Positions 25,364-29,825 of a DNA stretch of 29,825 bases are shown piece after piece. The position numbers were made by a program, and so were the translations under genes. The notes beneath the pieces were generated by a model, which was given only the letters and a program-made list of their open reading frames with translations, was not told where the DNA came from and did not search any database. Positions within the stretch are counted from its first letter, which is position 1. Each line of letters begins with the position of its first letter. This DNA comes from a virus (Duplodnaviria; Heunggongvirae; Uroviricota; Caudoviricetes), in IMG/VR virus record IMGVR_UViG_3300037467_003075, positions 128,001-157,825 of that record; one strand, 5' to 3'.

Positions 25364-25789
25364 ATGGGCTATTATCAAGTATCGGATGAAAATGTGGCAA
25401 AGGTCGAAGCATACTTTGTTCGTCGGGCAAAGGAAACAGGAAGCAATCGAATTGAGGCTACCGTAATAGAGATCGCGGAAGGCTCAGAAGTGGCTCTGGC
25501 AACAGCTCACAAAGCAATAAAAGAACTAGTGAAAGAAAAAGCGATAACGGTGATTAAACCAAAGTCGCGTAGATTCCCCATAACATATGTTTACAACAAA
25601 GACATAGATGATTTCGAAGCACAGAAATCACAAGAAGGACAAATCGAATATCTACAGGCCGTTGTAAAGCAATTAAAGGAACAAGTCGAGAACCTTTCAA
25701 AAGAAGTTAATGAGATTAATGGACAAAAACGCATACTAGAGAACAGACTTCATGCATATGAAAATCAGAATAACCAACTGCACCACTAA
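25364..25789 (+). CDS. winged-HTH regulator with C-terminal coiled coil
   Basis: TVIEIAEGSEVALATAHKAIKELVKEKAI HTH plus wing; heptad C-terminus; RBS AAAGGAGG. Confidence 0.8.
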   Translation: MGYYQVSDENVAKVEAYFVRRAKETGSNRIEATVIEIAEGSEVALATAHKAIKELVKEKAITVIKPKSRRFPITYVYNKDIDDFEAQKSQEGQIEYLQAVVKQLKEQVENLSKEVNEINGQKRILENRLHAYENQNNQLHH

Positions 25790-25814
25790 CCAAAATCTCA
25801 CTCCCCGTTTATCC

Positions 25815-25852
25815 TTGACTAAATCGCCTAAAATTGTTATAATATAAATATA
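25815..25852 (+). promoter_or_regulatory. sigmaA-type phage promoter (member 6)
   Basis: TTGACT (25815-25820), 17 nt, TG-extended TATAAT (25838-25843), ATAAATATA. Confidence 0.85.
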
Positions 25853-25887
25853 ACCAGTTGATAACGCGGGGAGGAAAATGGTCGTAC

Positions 25888-26058
25888 ATGGGAGCTAAGT
25901 TTACACAACTAATCTCAAAAGAAGAGGCTGTTAACATTATTGAGCATGCCCTGTTTGATGAGCGGATTAGTATCGAACAGTATGAGGAAATGATGCAGTG
26001 CATACAGAATTTATCAGCCAACCGCGATGTCTGCTACGAGGTTTTTCTAAATCTATAA
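25888..26058 (+). CDS. small hypothetical protein
   Basis: GGGGAGG at 25868-25874; in-frame ATG 25888; start uncertain. Confidence 0.55.
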   Translation: MGAKFTQLISKEEAVNIIEHALFDERISIEQYEEMMQCIQNLSANRDVCYEVFLNL

Positions 26059-26101
26059 TTAGACCATGGGGCCATTGCGCCCCTAAATCTTTGATATAGA
26101 T

Positions 26102-26116
26102 TATAATATAAGTATA
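26102..26116 (+). promoter_or_regulatory. phage promoter (member 7, degenerate -35)
   Basis: TATAAT-ATAAGTATA as in the family, and AAATCT at the usual spacer position, but no TTGAC. Confidence 0.6.
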
Positions 26117-26142
26117 AGACAACAAAGGAGAGACTGCTGAGC

Positions 26143-26388
26143 ATGGAAAAAAACAAAGAGAAAGAACTTGCCGTACAACAAGTTCCAGTGGTAGGTCAAG
26201 AGCCGCAAATCCGCCTAAATAACATCGATGTATACGCTGATGCGATTGTTAAGTTTAGAAGCAATATTGCCGATCTTGTAAATCGTAGGATTATTTCTGA
26301 GCAGACAGCAACGCGAATTATTCTTGACCAAGAATACGGATTTTTTCAGCAGATGGTTACTATCGAATATAAACCAGAACAGGGATGA
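26143..26388 (+). CDS. hypothetical protein
   Basis: RBS AAAGGAG; first gene after promoter. Confidence 0.7.
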   Translation: MEKNKEKELAVQQVPVVGQEPQIRLNNIDVYADAIVKFRSNIADLVNRRIISEQTATRIILDQEYGFFQQMVTIEYKPEQG

Positions 26389-26392
26389 TTGA

Positions 26393-27490
26393 ATGAGTAA
26401 ACAACACGAGAGAGATGCTTGTTTTCAGTTAAGGAATGAAAAGGGTCTTAGTCGTAAAGAGATTGCAGATGTGCTAGGTCTTACAGTAAGACAAGTTAAG
26501 CGTAGGTTATCGTCAAGTGAAAATGGGAATGTTAATAAGACAAAGTTTGGACGAGATGTCGTTGCTTCTGCCGCCGTAAAGACAAGCAACGCTATGACTA
26601 CATTTTCATCGTCAGAATCAAAGCTTGGATTGGAGTCATACTTCGGCGGGAACGAGCAAGATGAGTTTAGTTTCCCTTTGAGTAAAGATGCTTCATTGTA
26701 TCGATACGAAGAAGGAGATAAAAGACGAAATGAGCTTAAGGAAAGGCTAGAAAATAAATATAAGGGAAAAAGGATTAAGGTACTCTATCTTGCAGACTTA
26801 CATATTCCGTTCACTATGTACAAAGAAGTAACAGGAATCGTGAACAGGAATCTCGATGCAGACATTGTAGTGATCAATGGAGATTTATTTGACTTATTTG
26901 CGGTTAGCAAGTTTGCCAAAGATAAGGAAGTTGCTTTGCGCAGGGAATTGGCAGAGGGAAGAGAATTTCTTGAGTTCTTAGCTAGACGATTCAAGGACAT
27001 CGTTATTACAGAGGGAAATCATGAGCGAAGATTAAAGAGCTACATTAGAAGTGTAATTCCACCAGACATTCAGTTCCTGTTCCCTGATGATGTAATTAAA
27101 ATGGTGGTTGACGGGGAGACATTAGGCAAAGAAGAGCTTGAAAATGTTCATGTTGTAGGCAGTTGGTGGTTCAAGCTTTTTGATACAATCTTTGCTCATC
27201 CAGACAATTATTCAAGCGCAAACCTAAAGACTGTCCAAAATACAAGCGAATACTTTACCATTATCAAAAATATTTCACACCGAGCATGTATCATTGGTCA
27301 TACGCATAGAGCTGGAAAGCTTGTAAATGGTGAAGTCCTATTGATGGAAACTGGCTGTTTGTGTCACGACATGGATTATCATAACGGCTCTAATTTTACG
27401 AGAACAAAATGGACAAGAGCATATGCAACTATGGTTATAGAAGCAAACGGAGAGATTGACTTTAATAAATCAGATGTTGTATTTGTATAA
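26393..27490 (+). CDS. calcineurin-like metallophosphoesterase with N-terminal HTH
   Basis: GLSRKEIADVLGLTVRQVKRRL HTH; LADLH, NGDLFD, GNHE, AH, GHTH motifs. Confidence 0.88.
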   Translation: MSKQHERDACFQLRNEKGLSRKEIADVLGLTVRQVKRRLSSSENGNVNKTKFGRDVVASAAVKTSNAMTTFSSSESKLGLESYFGGNEQDEFSFPLSKDASLYRYEEGDKRRNELKERLENKYKGKRIKVLYLADLHIPFTMYKEVTGIVNRNLDADIVVINGDLFDLFAVSKFAKDKEVALRRELAEGREFLEFLARRFKDIVITEGNHERRLKSYIRSVIPPDIQFLFPDDVIKMVVDGETLGKEELENVHVVGSWWFKLFDTIFAHPDNYSSANLKTVQNTSEYFTIIKNISHRACIIGHTHRAGKLVNGEVLLMETGCLCHDMDYHNGSNFTRTKWTRAYATMVIEANGEIDFNKSDVVFV

Positions 27491-27503
27491 AGGGGATAAG
27501 TAG

Positions 27504-27842
27504 ATGAAAAAACACCTGAAAAACCTGGGAATCAATGTTCTTATACTTGCTGCCATTGTAATAGTCCTTGCTTCCGCAATTTGCTTAGTTTGGAATGTCG
27601 GTATAGTGTGGCTTCTTCCTCAATCTGGCAGTATGTCATATTTAACCGCAATCGGTTTCTCAATTATGTATGTACTTATTCATATGTTCACAAATTATTG
27701 GGTGCAAAGATTTATCGCGGCAAAGACAGCAAAATCATTGGAAGCACTCCTTCTTGTTGAGAGCTTAGAGAAAGATATCATCTCACTTAATTCACAAATT
27801 ACTTCATTAAAGATGGAACTAAGATACAAAAACATCCTGTAA
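27504..27842 (+). CDS. membrane protein (two hydrophobic segments + coiled coil)
   Basis: Hydrophobic stretches at about aa 9-39 and 46-64; RBS AAAGGGG. Confidence 0.72.
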   Translation: MKKHLKNLGINVLILAAIVIVLASAICLVWNVGIVWLLPQSGSMSYLTAIGFSIMYVLIHMFTNYWVQRFIAAKTAKSLEALLLVESLEKDIISLNSQITSLKMELRYKNIL

Positions 27843-27858
27843 AGGGTGTTTTTATTTT
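27829..27858 (+). terminator. intrinsic terminator
   Basis: AAAACATCCT-GTAA-AGGGTGTTTT followed by TATTTT. Confidence 0.75.
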
Positions 27859-27930
27859 ATAGTCATAATTCATGAGGAGGCTAAATAAGATATTATTAAG
27901 TTAATAACAATTATGAAGGAGTTGGCACAG

Positions 27931-28935
27931 ATGACAAAAACGCTTAACGTTATCGATCTTGGAAATGGAGATATAAAAATTGCTTCTAATCACTTACCGA
28001 ATGTCGAATCGTTTCCTGCTGTTATCGGTTCTTTTAGTTCGCCACCAACCTACAAAATAGCTGATAAAGATCGAAAATTTGACTCTATGTCGTTCATTAA
28101 AGACAATCGTGAATATGCAATTGGTGCGAACGCAATACGTAACTGTAAGAATCGAAACCATGACATAACAGAGGATAAATATCTATCTGAGACAACAATT
28201 GTTTTATCAAATGCTGCGCTTACGCTAATGGCACCAACTACACTGTCTATTGCAAATGTGCTTCTTGCTCTCCCGGTTCACAAAATGAATATTGCGCATG
28301 ATGTTATTCGACTATTCAAGGGCCATACGTTCGGAGGCAGGATTGGATTCTTTGGAAAGTACGAAAATATATCGAGAGTCGTTCAGGTTGAGAACGTAAT
28401 TGCGATTGAGCAGCCATGGGGTACTTTGTTTAAACACATTCTTGATGATAATGGAAAAATCATAAAGGAGTCCGCAAAGAAAGGAATTGCGATATTTGAT
28501 ATCGGATTTAAAACCAATGATGGAATAGTGTTCCGTAATTTAGATATGATTGGGCGGTTAACAATTCACAGTAAGAGCGGAATGTTTATTGCATTCGATG
28601 AAATCCAGTCTAAGATTAATCAGCAGTTCGGTGGGTTAGAAGTGAAGATATTTGAGGTTCCCGACATAGTGAGATCAGGAGAAGTAAGAGGAATCAAGAT
28701 ACCTGAGATCATAAATGATGCCCTATATAATTTAGCGTACAATATTATATTGGAAATAAAATCAAAGTGGGCAGATGCGTGGGAGATCGAAGAGATCATT
28801 TTTACTGGTGGTGGCGCAGAGCTTTTAAAGCCATATCTTATCCAAGCATTCGCCGAAGCAAAATATGAGAAAGCAAGTTCAAACGCAGAAGGTCTTCTTA
28901 GGTATGCAAGGCATATGTGGGGTGATGTTTCGTGA
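27931..28935 (+). CDS. parM: ParM/StbA-like actin-fold partition ATPase
   Basis: IDLGNGDIK (phosphate 1), EQP (connect 1), FDIGFKTND (phosphate 2), FTGGGAELL (adenosine), SNAEG (connect 2); AAGGAG before ATG 27931. Confidence 0.88.
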   Translation: MTKTLNVIDLGNGDIKIASNHLPNVESFPAVIGSFSSPPTYKIADKDRKFDSMSFIKDNREYAIGANAIRNCKNRNHDITEDKYLSETTIVLSNAALTLMAPTTLSIANVLLALPVHKMNIAHDVIRLFKGHTFGGRIGFFGKYENISRVVQVENVIAIEQPWGTLFKHILDDNGKIIKESAKKGIAIFDIGFKTNDGIVFRNLDMIGRLTIHSKSGMFIAFDEIQSKINQQFGGLEVKIFEVPDIVRSGEVRGIKIPEIINDALYNLAYNIILEIKSKWADAWEIEEIIFTGGGAELLKPYLIQAFAEAKYEKASSNAEGLLRYARHMWGDVS

Positions 28936-29201
28936 TAATGTCATTCAGTGTGCCAGATCAAGCCAAGTACCAAGTATTAATAGAGTGGTACAAAGGCCAG
29001 GATAGCCAAGAAAGAAGTAGAAATTTCAGGAATATTTTCTTGGAATACTTACAAAGGCCACATCATACAATGGAAGCAAATACGCAACACCATATTAGTC
29101 GAGAACAAGTGGCTCCGACAATTCAACGAATTGATCTTGCTAGAAAAGATGACGAGTTGGATTTATCAGGAAAACTAAGTAGTTTAGGACTAAGGGGGTG
29201 A
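28932..29201 (+). CDS. ParR-like adaptor (putative ribbon-helix-helix)
   Basis: Small ORF coupled to parM (GTGA overlap); MSFSV beta strand, then two helices (RSRNFRNIFLEYL) and a low-complexity tail. Confidence 0.65.
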   Translation: MIMSFSVPDQAKYQVLIEWYKGQDSQERSRNFRNIFLEYLQRPHHTMEANTQHHISREQVAPTIQRIDLARKDDELDLSGKLSSLGLRG

Positions 29202-29205
29202 ACGT

Positions 29206-29376
29206 GTGTTTCAACAACCAATTCAACGAAGGTGCGAGAATTGCAATAAATCAAGAATTGAGGTCACAGGAAATCTCTGCCAGCTATTCTGTTCACTTAA
29301 AAAACAGACAGTTAGCAGATATGAATGGTGCCCTAGCTTCTTCTACGGAAGGATGGATAAACGGTGGGTAAAGTAA
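29206..29376 (+). CDS. 56-aa Cys-rich putative zinc-binding protein (not in ORF track)
   Basis: RBS AAGGGGGTG, GTG start; MFQQPIQRRCENC...FCSLKKQTV...WCPSF. Confidence 0.65.
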   Translation: MFQQPIQRRCENCNKSRIEVTGNLCQLFCSLKKQTVSRYEWCPSFFYGRMDKRWVK

Positions 29377-29825
29377 AATATTTTATCATCTTAGCTCTTG
29401 TTTTCATTACGTGCTGTTCTAAAAGTGGGGTGCTTGAGCAAGACGAAACATATTTCAAATCAATGAATCAAATATTAGATCAGTTTGAGCAGCCAATCAA
29501 TAAGCTTGCAGACGCATTCGACGTATACATTCAAGACCCATCAAAAAAGAAGCAGCTATATGATGCCGCTAACGTTGTCTACGAAGAAACAACCAAGGAC
29601 TTAAAAAAGGTAAAGGCAATCAAACCTGTGCCAGGATGGGGCGGAAACCACGAATCAATTATCAAGAGCCTTACTGATTTTCAGGATTTTGCAAGAGAAG
29701 CGGTGCGAATGTATAGCAGTAAAGAAGATCAAATTCCATATGAAGTTTACAAATATTTTACTGACGGACTTAACACCTATTCAATTACTGCGCCAGAGTA
29801 CAGAAAATACAGAGAGGAAGATTGA
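29364..29825 (+). CDS. putative lipoprotein
   Basis: Basic N-terminus, hydrophobic core and lipobox-like FITCC-SK; helical body; TGA at the window end. Confidence 0.65.
   Translation: MGKVKYFIILALVFITCCSKSGVLEQDETYFKSMNQILDQFEQPINKLADAFDVYIQDPSKKKQLYDAANVVYEETTKDLKKVKAIKPVPGWGGNHESIIKSLTDFQDFAREAVRMYSSKEDQIPYEVYKYFTDGLNTYSITAPEYRKYREED

Noticed and set aside
861-27000. Minus-strand and alternate-frame ORFs in the track (e.g. 1818-2201, 2988-3470, 12742-13113, 24333-24665)
   Set aside because: They shadow well-supported plus-strand genes and show no recognisable motifs.
29199-29212. DinR/LexA box-like TGAACGTGTGTTTC
   Set aside because: It matches CGAACRNRYGTTYC at 13 of 14 positions, but it is single, overlaps a stop/RBS/start junction and has no adjacent promoter; plausibly chance.
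1-29825. tRNA, rRNA, CRISPR array, integrase, transposase, arbitrium genes or virion genes
   Set aside because: None recognised by eye; the intergenic gaps are short and explained by promoters, terminators or small ORFs.

Overview
A gene-dense, AT-rich and almost entirely plus-strand segment of a large Bacillales-type temperate phage or phage-plasmid. The host is inferred from strong AAGGAGG RBSs, TTG/GTG starts and sigmaA-type promoters. It holds the replication and nucleotide-metabolism region: DnaG primase, SSB, class Ia ribonucleotide reductase, YmaB-like Nudix, DnaE polymerase, a sigma-70-family factor, ThyA, macrodomain, DHFR, AddB/Cas4-like nuclease, HD phosphohydrolase, guanylate kinase, HAD, patatin, Rad52-like annealase and RusA. 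nrdA is split by a ~1.1 kb group I intron (4355-5456) carrying a zinc-finger HNH homing endonuclease; its splice sites can be placed from P1, P10 and reading-frame restoration. Accessory content includes a DUF2829/Tad2-like anti-defence protein, two GT4 glycosyltransferases plus an NDP-sugar pyrophosphorylase, a metallophosphoesterase and a ParM/ParR-like partition pair. Signals missed by the ORF track are a lone minus-strand 21-aa hydrophobic peptide gene with its own RBS and terminator, sporulation-type (sigmaG-like) promoters, a repeated promoter motif (TCC-TTGACW-N17-TATAAT-ATAARTATA), a GIY-YIG remnant and several small ORFs. All family assignments are from motif recognition by eye; no searches were run.
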